A stretch of DNA of 64,000 nt. Source: a virus. Shown here one piece after another: positions 18,696 through 27,070 of the stretch (positions are counted from its first letter, which is position 1; each line of letters starts with the position of its first letter). Under the pieces are notes generated by a model, which worked only from the letters and a program-made list of their open reading frames with translations, was not told the DNA's origin and did no database searches. The DNA is taken from positions 55,675 through 119,674 of the IMG/VR virus record IMGVR_UViG_3300027736_000026; one strand, written 5' to 3'. A program made the position numbers and the translations under genes.

Positions 18696-19595
18696 TTAAA
18701 ATTTATGAAGTAAAATATGCTTCCAAAAAATGTTTTTGTTTTTGATTTGGTTTAGTACTATCTTTCTATCCATTAATAGGGTTTCTGGATTCTTTATATT
18801 TTCAACTATTAAATTAGATATATTAAGATAGTTTTCATTTATATCAATGCATTCTTCGTAGTCTTCTTTCCATCTAGTCATCCATAACAACTTATTAAAC
18901 TGGGGGTCTAAAATTAACCTTGGAATTCCAATTTGATAGGCTATATGACTTGGGCCATTGCAGGTGAAAATTCCATACTTAGACTTTAATAAGATATCTA
19001 AAGACTCTTCAAATTTTGGATCTTCATGAATGTAAACGTTTTTAGGAAACTCAATATTAAAATTTCCCATGTTTACTTCTCTGTCCCAAGATTTAATATT
19101 TGGAAAATAAATTTGATAATCAGGAAGAGACGTAGCTAAAGCGATTAAAAGATTTTGTATGTCTTTGTATAGATATCCTGAAGTTGATGTGGCTAATCCA
19201 CAATAGACAATTTTTTCTTTCTTTACATTGCTATCTATGAAAGCCCTATGCTTCTTTATTAGAGCAGTGTTTAAATCATATTTTTCACAATCTAAAGCTA
19301 AAGGATGGTGAAATAATAAATCAGGTACATTATAAGTTATTTCAGAACACTCATAAGAAGTTTTTAATTCTTCTTGTAAATTAGTATTTAAAACGATGTT
19401 GTTATCGTGAGAATATTTTTCATCTACATGGTGAATGGTAAGCTTATTTCCAAAAACATGGTTTAAAGGATTGAAAACTTGCTTCCTAGTAGAGAGGCAG
19501 TTTACATGAGGTATATTTTTTTGGGTTAGTAATGAAGAGATCTGCAAAGACAGAATGCAGTCTCCTAGCCCATGTCCTCCTAAATTTAGCAACAT
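18696..19595 (-). CDS. GT9-like glycosyltransferase
   Basis: GHGLGDCIL, CNGPSHIAYQIGIP. Confidence 0.65.
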   Translation of the reverse strand: MLLNLGGHGLGDCILSLQISSLLTQKNIPHVNCLSTRKQVFNPLNHVFGNKLTIHHVDEKYSHDNNIVLNTNLQEELKTSYECSEITYNVPDLLFHHPLALDCEKYDLNTALIKKHRAFIDSNVKKEKIVYCGLATSTSGYLYKDIQNLLIALATSLPDYQIYFPNIKSWDREVNMGNFNIEFPKNVYIHEDPKFEESLDILLKSKYGIFTCNGPSHIAYQIGIPRLILDPQFNKLLWMTRWKEDYEECIDINENYLNISNLIVENIKNPETLLMDRKIVLNQIKNKNIFWKHILLHKF

Positions 19596-19602
19596 AATAG
19601 AG

Positions 19603-19887
19603 CTACTTACTTCGCTCTATAATATTATCTAACTTTACTTCCAGTTTATCAAATCTAGCGTTAATGTTCTCTGAGAATTTATTAAGATCTTCTTTATTGA
19701 CGTACTCTTTAGGAAGCGCTATTTCAATCCCATAGATTTTCTTTTCAAGATCTGATACTTTGTTTTCTTGTTTGTCTATCATTTGGAAGTTCCTTTTGAA
19801 AATCCAAGCAGCTAAGAAGCTGAGAATAGACAATGCTATATTAAATAAAGTTTGCCAATCCATAGTCGCTCCTGTTGCTGGTGTCAT
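19603..19887 (-). CDS. Small membrane protein with coiled coil (holin/XhlA-like candidate)
   Basis: One N-terminal hydrophobic helix (LFNIALSILSFLAAWIF), then LPKEYVNKED...RFDKLEVKLD. Confidence 0.6.
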   Translation of the reverse strand: MTPATGATMDWQTLFNIALSILSFLAAWIFKRNFQMIDKQENKVSDLEKKIYGIEIALPKEYVNKEDLNKFSENINARFDKLEVKLDNIIERSK

Positions 19888-19937
19888 ATTAGTTATTAAA
19901 TATAAGTTTCAATAGCGATTTTTACATTTTTAAGGCG

Positions 19938-20063
19938 TTAAGACAAGAAAAGAGCGACTCTCTGAAATAGAAAGTCGCTATAGTTTAGCTCAATACGTTT
20001 TTCGTGTCCGTATTGCTTTTTTAATGCTTTAATTTCGTTGGAAAAACCAACAGTAAAGTTCAT
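19938..20063 (-). CDS. Possible 41-aa small ORF, not in the ORF track
   Basis: MNFTVGFSNEIKALKKQYGHEKRIELNYSDFLFQRVALFLS*, preceded by a GTGTAG variant of the recurrent upstream motif. Confidence 0.3.
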   Translation of the reverse strand: MNFTVGFSNEIKALKKQYGHEKRIELNYSDFLFQRVALFLS

Positions 20064-20114
20064 ATATTACTCTACACGCTAGAAGCACCATATGAATAAA
20101 AAAGACACAAAAGT

Positions 20115-22082
20115 TTACAAACTAACTGGCTCGCATTTCCCTCCAGCGCAAGCAGCTTCTTGAGTATGACTTGTCTCGTCTTCATCCTCAATAAGTTTGG
20201 TGAAATCAACCTGTGACCATTCTGCCTGAAGCTTATTGAACTTTTCTTCGTCTTCAGGGGTTATGACGGCTTCCATTGGAGCTTGTTGATAAATTTTATC
20301 TCCAGAGTAAGGCAGTAATGAAACAGCAGTAAAGTATTCTTGATTCTTGTAAAGGTATTCTGTAACAGTTTTCCATTCGTCATCTTTAACGATAACTGTG
20401 CAACTAACTGAATGATTTAATGGCTTCTTGTTGGCTTCGGTTGTCCCGCAATTTACCCAGTTGGTTTGGGTCAACTTAATAAGGTCTAGATGTTCAATGG
20501 CATTAAGTCCAGACTTAATCTTGACATTCTCATCTACTTCAATAGGGAATGTAATAACATCATCTACCTTGTTTGCGCTCCAAACGCTCTCTTCGCAAGC
20601 ATACTCATTAAACATCTTGAAAAACTTATAGACGTTATCTTCCTTGTTGACTTGAATTCGGCGGAAGTATTTGCGAGCGTGATGAGGGTGAATTCCAGAA
20701 GCAGCAGACAATACAATTGAATTCGTTCCTTCTGGCTTAATACAAGTTACTCTAGAGGCTTGATTGACTCCAATCTTCTTGGCCCATTCAATATTAGTAT
20801 TAACAGATACCTTGGCAGCTTCTCTTTGATATTCTGGATTAAAAAGAATATCTGGATTATCCATCATTCCAGTAATAGAAACCCCAAGCAAGGCTTCTTG
20901 TTCAGTTAATTCTTCTGATGTATGACCAAGATAAGGGAAAGATGTATACGCTGCTTGTAATGTGCCTATCAATGAAGCCGCCCAAGAAGCGTTTTTAAAA
21001 TCTTCTAGAGACTTAACTTTAGCGCCATTAATAGAAGTGAGGTTACAGAACTGGAATCCACAACGTCCATCTTTAGTAATAGGAATAAATGAGATTTCAA
21101 AACAAGGATTTAAAAGCTGATCCTCGTCAACAACATATAGGAATCCCGGCTCACCAAACTCTTTAGTCTTATTAATGAGAGCTTCAAACTCTGCATAAGA
21201 AGTCTTGCCGCGAATAATAATTGCTGAATTATTTGACCTAGCTCTCTGGGGGTTGTCAAGGAACCAGTCGCCAGTCTTGGCGTTCATCATGTCCTTGTCT
21301 TGAGCATCAAAAATAACACTGCAAGCAGAACGGCGAATGCCTCCTGACAGGACTGCGTCAGCGCAATGCATTAAAATATCATAGGCATTGACGGTCTTAA
21401 GGCGAGTTTGATTGCTGTCTTCAATAATAGTGTCAAGCAAGAGCTTAACCTTGAAATGGCAGTTCTTGAGCCCCTTGTAACCGGGAGCTTTTCCGCCGCC
21501 AGTCTTGAGCTTTGCGCCCTTTGGGCGAATTTTACTATAATCAAAAACAATCTTGCGCCCAGAATAAGCAGTGTTCTTGAAATAACAATTTAATAGAGCT
21601 TCAATAGAGTCGCCCCAACCTTCAATATTATCAGTTACAGTATAAGTGATTACCGCTCCTGTCTTATCTTTAGCGTTAACGAGATCAGGGAGCCGATTGA
21701 GGAGCTTATCAGTGATGCCAAATCCAACACCAGTACCACAAAGAAGAGTATAAAAGGACTCAGCAAAAGAACGGATAGAATCAATATGGCGCACAGCACA
21801 GTTAAAGATTCTTCCATTATGCGCTTCAACAGCCTTGCCGCCGAATTGCATACTACGCATTGAAGGAGTGACTTTCCTTTCTCTAACCAACTCAAAAGCT
21901 TTTGAGATTTCATATTTGTCTTCTTTTGGTAGGTATTTGAATTTCTTCAAGTGCATGGTCTCGACTCTTGTAACAGTCTCGTCCCATGTTTCTCTACGCT
22001 TCTTCTTTTCATCGTATTTTGCGTATTTTGTAACAAACGTAAAGTTCGCCATTTCATCTAGGAAGTTAATAGCCTTGCTCAT
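20115..22082 (-). CDS. nrdJ: Class II (adenosylcobalamin-dependent) ribonucleotide reductase
   Basis: RETWDETVTRV, PSMR, IFNCA, GTGVGF, GGIRRSA, NPCFEI, FCNL, CIKPEGT, C-terminal CAGGKC. Confidence 0.93.
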   Translation of the reverse strand: MSKAINFLDEMANFTFVTKYAKYDEKKKRRETWDETVTRVETMHLKKFKYLPKEDKYEISKAFELVRERKVTPSMRSMQFGGKAVEAHNGRIFNCAVRHIDSIRSFAESFYTLLCGTGVGFGITDKLLNRLPDLVNAKDKTGAVITYTVTDNIEGWGDSIEALLNCYFKNTAYSGRKIVFDYSKIRPKGAKLKTGGGKAPGYKGLKNCHFKVKLLLDTIIEDSNQTRLKTVNAYDILMHCADAVLSGGIRRSACSVIFDAQDKDMMNAKTGDWFLDNPQRARSNNSAIIIRGKTSYAEFEALINKTKEFGEPGFLYVVDEDQLLNPCFEISFIPITKDGRCGFQFCNLTSINGAKVKSLEDFKNASWAASLIGTLQAAYTSFPYLGHTSEELTEQEALLGVSITGMMDNPDILFNPEYQREAAKVSVNTNIEWAKKIGVNQASRVTCIKPEGTNSIVLSAASGIHPHHARKYFRRIQVNKEDNVYKFFKMFNEYACEESVWSANKVDDVITFPIEVDENVKIKSGLNAIEHLDLIKLTQTNWVNCGTTEANKKPLNHSVSCTVIVKDDEWKTVTEYLYKNQEYFTAVSLLPYSGDKIYQQAPMEAVITPEDEEKFNKLQAEWSQVDFTKLIEDEDETSHTQEAACAGGKCEPVSL

Positions 22083-22135
22083 ATAGGGATAATAAATTAC
22101 ACTGACAATAAACTGCTTTGGGAAATCAAAAAAAA

Positions 22136-22480
22136 TTAGAGTACGACTCTATTCGTATGCTTTGCGCCACGACGTTTCTTGGAATATTCTTTTAGAGACT
22201 TCTCTTTAACAGGGTCTACTCCACGTTCTTTTTCTCTCTTTTCAGAAAGATCTTTCGAAGCATCCCACATGTCACCAAGATTATAATTCTTTCTCTTAGT
22301 TTTTTCAACAAAATCTTGCTCAGAGTTTGCATCTATCTGAGTATCTACACTTACATTAGGAGATAGGAAAACTCTTTGCCATTTTATCTCGCCTTCGCTG
22401 TAGACCTTCTCTGAGTCAATCGAAAGAAAAATTTCTTTGTACTCTTTTGTCTTGGGATTTTGAAAAATGTAAACGGGCAT
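22136..22480 (-). CDS. FmdB-like regulatory protein lacking the Zn cysteines
   Basis: MPVYIF start, WQRVFLSP. Confidence 0.5.
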   Translation of the reverse strand: MPVYIFQNPKTKEYKEIFLSIDSEKVYSEGEIKWQRVFLSPNVSVDTQIDANSEQDFVEKTKRKNYNLGDMWDASKDLSEKREKERGVDPVKEKSLKEYSKKRRGAKHTNRVVL

Positions 22481-22481
22481 A

Positions 22482-23561
22482 TTAAAAGAGAGACAAAATT
22501 TGTTCCGTGGTCTTTTTGACGGTGAACTGCTCCTGAAGCTTCAAACCTTCTTGATTTACTTTGCTTCGCTTGACTCTGGCGATAGCTTTTTCGCAGCCTT
22601 CAATGAAAGCATCTTCAGACCATTCAAAAATATTTCCTTGATTGAACTCTTGTCCTTCATGGAAAAACATATTGTCATAAGCGGGAGTCTTCCCAGATGC
22701 TTGCAACATAACAGAGTTCTTGTCGTTTGCCCAAGCAGTATATGCGTGAGCATTAACAATTACGGAATGCTTGCCGATTGCAACAGATTGGAACTCTGGT
22801 AAAGCCCATCCTTCACCGCCAGAAGCTCCAAGGATGACATCTGCTGAATTTAGAAATTCATTGTAAAGATTGGTCTGAGCCATGTGGCCGAAGAAACTAA
22901 CATTAAAGAATTTCTTTCCTTCCACCGCCATGTTGATCAGCTTGGTGTTATCTTCTTGAGAAATGAAGTTGTTATAAAGAGCGCATTGCAAAGAATAATT
23001 ACTATTGTTTGCATACTTATTGACCCATGCACGAATAGCTTTTACATGATGTTTGCGCTTTTCAAACTTACCACAGAGATTAAACGTAACCCTTCCGTCA
23101 TTAAAATACGTTTTGTTTGTGGCTTTAAAATTCTTTGCATCAAAGAACAGGGGTAGATAAGAAGTGTTACCTACCCCATGCTCGTTGAATACCTTCACAG
23201 AATAAGGAGAGGAAACTAATACCTTGTCATTATTTTTTAAGATATTAATTTCAGACTGAGTGAGGGCATCAAGTTCGTGGAACGTAAGGAGAAATTGCCT
23301 GTCACTATAAGACTCAAGTGAACCATTAATATGCCATAATTTAAAAATTGGATCTTTTCTTGAATGATATCGAAGACCTTTCTTCAAACAAGAATTAAAC
23401 CAGTTCTTAAAATCTTCCGTAATCTCTTCCTGCCCGAAGTCAGGAGCGCCAATCATAAATAATGACGGCTCCAACTTCAAAGAATAGATCTCTTTAAGAA
23501 GCTGAATAGAAACCTGACCAAAGCTGGTCGAATTTACTGGAAGATGCAAGGCAAATTTCAT
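22482..23561 (-). CDS. GT-B glycosyltransferase (GT4-like)
   Basis: TSFGQVS, CGKFEKRK, SGGEGWALPEFQSVAIGK. Confidence 0.8.
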   Translation of the reverse strand: MKFALHLPVNSTSFGQVSIQLLKEIYSLKLEPSLFMIGAPDFGQEEITEDFKNWFNSCLKKGLRYHSRKDPIFKLWHINGSLESYSDRQFLLTFHELDALTQSEINILKNNDKVLVSSPYSVKVFNEHGVGNTSYLPLFFDAKNFKATNKTYFNDGRVTFNLCGKFEKRKHHVKAIRAWVNKYANNSNYSLQCALYNNFISQEDNTKLINMAVEGKKFFNVSFFGHMAQTNLYNEFLNSADVILGASGGEGWALPEFQSVAIGKHSVIVNAHAYTAWANDKNSVMLQASGKTPAYDNMFFHEGQEFNQGNIFEWSEDAFIEGCEKAIARVKRSKVNQEGLKLQEQFTVKKTTEQILSLF

Positions 23562-23562
23562 A

Positions 23563-23928
23563 TTAGATCAAATCATCATCTGCGCTAACTTGATTAACCG
23601 GAGACTTAACTAAAGTTTTAACCCCTGCTGGGCGAGGGGCAGTATTTGTCGTCGGGGCGGCAACAGGAGCAACCTGAGTTCCTGTCAAGGTTTCGTATTG
23701 AGCCTTCTCCATAAAGATCTGAAAGTCAGGAGAGCCGTCGCTCTTCTTCTTGTTATTTGGGAAAACAATAATCTTAACTTCATCAAAGTTATCCTTGATG
23801 TCCTTAAGGCGGAATTTCCCGGTTAGATACTCAGAACCACTAGAGCCTTTACGGCTCCAAAGTGCGCCAAGTTCTCGTCGAATTGTATTGCTTTCAGTAT
23901 TGCTAGTATTAGGAGTAGGAGTAGGCAT
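23563..23928 (-). CDS. DUF736-like protein, candidate ssDNA-binding protein
   Basis: LGALWSRK..SEYLTG...VFPN.KK.DGSPDF, Pro/Ala linker, acidic DDDLI C-terminus. Confidence 0.55.
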   Translation of the reverse strand: MPTPTPNTSNTESNTIRRELGALWSRKGSSGSEYLTGKFRLKDIKDNFDEVKIIVFPNNKKKSDGSPDFQIFMEKAQYETLTGTQVAPVAAPTTNTAPRPAGVKTLVKSPVNQVSADDDLI

Positions 23929-23978
23929 AATTTATGCAAATAAATACTAGCTACTCGCGAAGGAAAAGTAAAGACAAT

Positions 23979-24566
23979 TTATACAAAATCTTGCATCTCT
24001 TTGCTCTCAATTTTAGTCTTTAAAAATTCAAGAGCTTTTTTGTGCAAAGTGATTGCTGTCTGATATGTGACTCCAAGTTCTTTTGATATATTCTTCCATT
24101 TGCGGGAGGACTTGTCTCCGTAATATCTTAACAGTATTATTTTTTCAAGTCTTTTGTCTTTCATTTGACAAAGTAGATTAAAGATGTAATCTTTCTTCTC
24201 TTCAAAATCATTTGACTGTTGACAGAGATTTGCTGCTAATGTCTTTTGATTTTCATCATCAAGAGAAATTGTCCATTTGTGTTTTGTAATGTTTGTTAAA
24301 CATTTGTATTTAACATGATTAGCCAGCCAAGTCGAAAACTTACTGTTCTGATTTTCATCAAAATTAAGAGTACATTTATAAATAATGTAATCTTTTTCAT
24401 TGACAAGATCTTCTGGGCTTATTCCTCTTTCTTGAAGAATTTTATTGTACTTCTTAAAAATGTCAAAACAAAGAGGAGAATGCCTTTCTATAAGAGTTTT
24501 TAATGATTGGTTGCATTGATGAAGTTTTACCTTCGTTACAAGTTCGTTGTCAGTTGAGTCTATCAT
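23979..24566 (-). CDS. RNA polymerase sigma-70 family factor (phage-encoded)
   Basis: Region 2 (LIERH...FDENQNSKFSTWL), ISLD, region 4 HTH (IILLRY..WKNISKELGVTYQTAITLHKKALEFLK). Confidence 0.82.
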   Translation of the reverse strand: MIDSTDNELVTKVKLHQCNQSLKTLIERHSPLCFDIFKKYNKILQERGISPEDLVNEKDYIIYKCTLNFDENQNSKFSTWLANHVKYKCLTNITKHKWTISLDDENQKTLAANLCQQSNDFEEKKDYIFNLLCQMKDKRLEKIILLRYYGDKSSRKWKNISKELGVTYQTAITLHKKALEFLKTKIESKEMQDFV

Positions 24567-25182
24567 GTGTATAAAGCTTACCTTCTTTTATAAAAATGTC
24601 AAGGGTTTTTTTGACTAAATCTTTTAAATATTTTTCAGGCCATCCATGCCTCCAACAAAGAGAATAATCAGCATTTTTTCTAAGAAAAGGATCATTTCTT
24701 CTCTCATCATCGTTTGCAGGAGCGCAAACTGAACCGTCTTCAAAAAATTTTTCAACATAAATTAAAAACCCTTTATTTTCTCCCTTTAACCAGACGACTT
24801 CATCACTAGGATATTCGAAGTGTCTAATATCAGTTACACAAAAGATATCTGACTGTTTAAAATTTTCAGATCTTTTATAAGCTTCGATTTCAGACTGAAG
24901 CTTTTCTATCCAATACCTACCTTTAGTATTTTGCCGCATTGTCCTTGCGTGATTTACTAACTCATGTCTTACTTTGTTTTTGTCTTCAGTAGAACAATTA
25001 AAAATATCAACATTGTATTTTTCTAAGATAAAAGAAAACAAGTCTTTTTTTAAAGAATCTGCCAAAGCAAATCTAATTACGTTTACTCCAAAGTCTTCTA
25101 AGCAAATTTCTTTTAGTAATTTATAGTAAGTATCCTTACCGACAGTAGCAGCACCTGCAATACCTAGAAACTGGTTAGACAT
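24550..25182 (-). CDS. Deoxynucleoside monophosphate kinase
   Basis: GIAGAATVGKDT, FALADSLK, R..L, YWI, VTDIRH..E. Confidence 0.8.
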   Translation of the reverse strand: MSNQFLGIAGAATVGKDTYYKLLKEICLEDFGVNVIRFALADSLKKDLFSFILEKYNVDIFNCSTEDKNKVRHELVNHARTMRQNTKGRYWIEKLQSEIEAYKRSENFKQSDIFCVTDIRHFEYPSDEVVWLKGENKGFLIYVEKFFEDGSVCAPANDDERRNDPFLRKNADYSLCWRHGWPEKYLKDLVKKTLDIFIKEGKLYTHDRLN

Positions 25183-25189
25183 AGTAAAG

Positions 25190-25650
25190 TATAGTATTTA
25201 AGAAAGGCTGGTTTGTAAAAGGAACTGCCAGCTTTATGATTTTTCTTTGAGTTAAAATAGGAAAGGCTTGTCATCTCTAAATTAAAATAGAGATTTCAAA
25301 ATAATCAAGAGTTACCCATTTCAATCCTTCGCAGTCTGTTTATCAGATTTTCGGCCCTCTCAAGAGAGCCTAGCTAATGACTAACTCTTTGTTTAAGTTC
25401 TTTACCTTTGCGGGTGGGATTTCTCTTAGGACGGAACTGCCAGCTTTTTCTTTTGAGAAAAATGAGGTTGCAGCTTTTTCAAAGTCTTCTCCTTGCGGAA
25501 CGTCGCCTTTTCCCGAAATGGCGTTGGATTTCTTAGATCCAGTTGACTAGGGTCTTTTTACGGGCCTGATGTCTCTGATGCGTTTGAACTGGGATATCCC
25601 CAGTAGGCTGTTCACCCAGATAAAGAACTACCTCATCCTAGTCATGAGGT
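25190..25650 (-). ncRNA. Candidate large structured non-coding RNA of unknown class
   Basis: The longest ORF-free gap in the window; many hairpins, two long-range helices, G-U pairs and a GCAA tetraloop that form only on the minus strand (see findings). Confidence 0.6.
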
Positions 25651-26058
25651 CTTGGTTTTGTCAAAAGTTTTTTCGCGCAAGCCGTTGAAAATTACCAGAA
25701 GGTTCTTGATGTCCTTCTCGCTGATCGAAATTGGGTTGCATCTTTCAGATTCATTTTCAATCAGAGAGCAGTAAGAATTGATTACTTCCGAGATGACGAA
25801 AGAAGTTTTGGGAGAGATGGTCACGCTTTGTTCGTATGCGTCAAACTTCTTAGAGAGAATCCAATAATTATTATTTTTAAAACTAGCCTTTTTTACGATC
25901 CCGTTCTTCTCAAATTCCTCAAGCGCACACAACACGCAAGCCCTTTCAGATTCTGGGTTTTCTGAAATGGTAAGCAGTTTAGTGAAATCGTTCTCACAGA
26001 AACTATCATTCTGAAAGTACCATTGATATAATTTTGTAGACGCATCTGAAATTGTCAT
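25642..26058 (-). CDS. Hypothetical protein
   Basis: Likely start MTISDAST at 26058; the longer track ORF overlaps the divergent gene. Confidence 0.65.
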   Translation of the reverse strand: MTISDASTKLYQWYFQNDSFCENDFTKLLTISENPESERACVLCALEEFEKNGIVKKASFKNNNYWILSKKFDAYEQSVTISPKTSFVISEVINSYCSLIENESERCNPISISEKDIKNLLVIFNGLREKTFDKTKTS

Positions 26059-26099
26059 ATTTAATAATAGAAGAATGCCAGAAAAAGCTCCAAATAAAC

Positions 26100-26128
26100 T
26101 TGACTTTTCTTTCCCGATGTGTGACAAT
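26100..26128 (+). promoter_or_regulatory. Sigma70-type promoter TTGACT-N17-GACAAT, 7 nt before ATG
   Basis: Lies in the divergent gap at the strand switch. Confidence 0.45.
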
Positions 26129-26135
26129 ATTATCC

Positions 26136-26594
26136 ATGAGACTTTCTTGGCATGAATATGGTTGCATGATGGCTCTTGCTGCTTCATCTAGAAGCGAAGA
26201 CCCTCACACCAAAGTCGGAGCTTGCATTTTAAACAAAGAGGGAAGAGTTCTTTCAACCGGCTACAACGGATTGAAAAAAGGGTTCGCTGTCAAAGAGTGG
26301 ATGAAGAAGGAAGAGAATCGTCCAAAGAAGCGAGAGATAATGATCCATGCGGAGACTAACGCCTTGTCATTAATAAGGAAAGGAGAGGCAGAGAGCATAT
26401 GCTTGACAATTTCTCCTTGCTTTGCTTGCGCCAAGGACATAGTCGCTCATGAGATACAAAGAGTATTTTATATCAAAGAATACGAGCAATGCAATAAATT
26501 CAAAGAGGTATTTGATTTTTATAAAATCCATTACCAAGAGTTAAAAGAAGAAAACATCTCCAAGATCAAATCTCATTTACAATCATGGCTATAG
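26136..26594 (+). CDS. dCMP deaminase
   Basis: SWHEY, RSEDPHTKVGACI, TGYNG, HAETNAL, SPCFACAK; start at MRLSW. Confidence 0.92.
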   Translation: MRLSWHEYGCMMALAASSRSEDPHTKVGACILNKEGRVLSTGYNGLKKGFAVKEWMKKEENRPKKREIMIHAETNALSLIRKGEAESICLTISPCFACAKDIVAHEIQRVFYIKEYEQCNKFKEVFDFYKIHYQELKEENISKIKSHLQSWL

Positions 26595-27070
26595 AATCAA
26601 TAGTTCCTGTTAAATTCGTAAAGCTAAATAATCTAGCGATTACTCCAACTCGTCAAAAGACTGGAGACGCAGGTTACGACCTTTACGCAACTGAAAACGT
26701 TAGGGTCAAACCGATGAGTCGCGCTCTCGTTAGCACTGGCCTTTCAATCGAAGTGCCCGAAGGATACTACGCGAGAATTGCTCCTCGCAGTGGCCTAGCA
26801 GTTAAGAATGGTATTGATGTCCTTGCTGGAGTTGTAGATTCTAGTTATCGTGGAGAAGTTAAAGTTGTATTAATGAATCTAAGCATTGACCTTGCAAGTA
26901 TGATGGGGCTTACTCCAAATATTGCTGGTTCAAATTTTGATTTCAATATCAAAGCTGGAGATCGAATTGCTCAGTTAATTATTGAAAAGTGTCACGCTAT
27001 TGATTGGCAGCAAGTTGAATCCTTGTCTACAACCGAAAGAACGGGCGGATTTGGAAGTACAGGAGTGTAA
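26585..27070 (+). CDS. dut: Trimeric dUTPase
   Basis: AGYDL, IAPRSGLA, GVVDSSYRGEV, GDRIAQL, RTGGFGSTG. Confidence 0.96.
   Translation: MAIESIVPVKFVKLNNLAITPTRQKTGDAGYDLYATENVRVKPMSRALVSTGLSIEVPEGYYARIAPRSGLAVKNGIDVLAGVVDSSYRGEVKVVLMNLSIDLASMMGLTPNIAGSNFDFNIKAGDRIAQLIIEKCHAIDWQQVESLSTTERTGGFGSTGV

Noticed and set aside
7094-19595. DNA hypermodification as the firm function of the glycosyltransferase cluster
   Set aside because: No hydroxymethylase, TET/JBP or 7-deazaguanine genes in this window, and ThyX plus dUTPase imply normal thymine. It remains possible but is unsupported here.
3372-22082. Inteins or introns in dnaB, the recombinase or nrdJ
   Set aside because: Lengths are ordinary for the families and I see no intein splice motifs or reading-frame breaks.
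22083-22135. Cobalamin riboswitch upstream of nrdJ
   Set aside because: The gap is only about 50 nt and has no B12-box.
25540-25582. Group I intron-like words in the structured region (minus strand UCAGAGAC and AAGACCCUAGUC resemble R and S elements)
   Set aside because: P7 pairing would be weak, the words sit near the 5' end rather than the 3' end, and no interrupted gene flanks the region.
25190-25650. RNase P RNA, tmRNA or CRISPR array as the identity of the non-coding region
   Set aside because: No GAGGAAAGUCC-type P4 motif, no tRNA-like ends or tag ORF, and the 15-bp repeat occurs only twice, 212 nt apart, without regular spacers.
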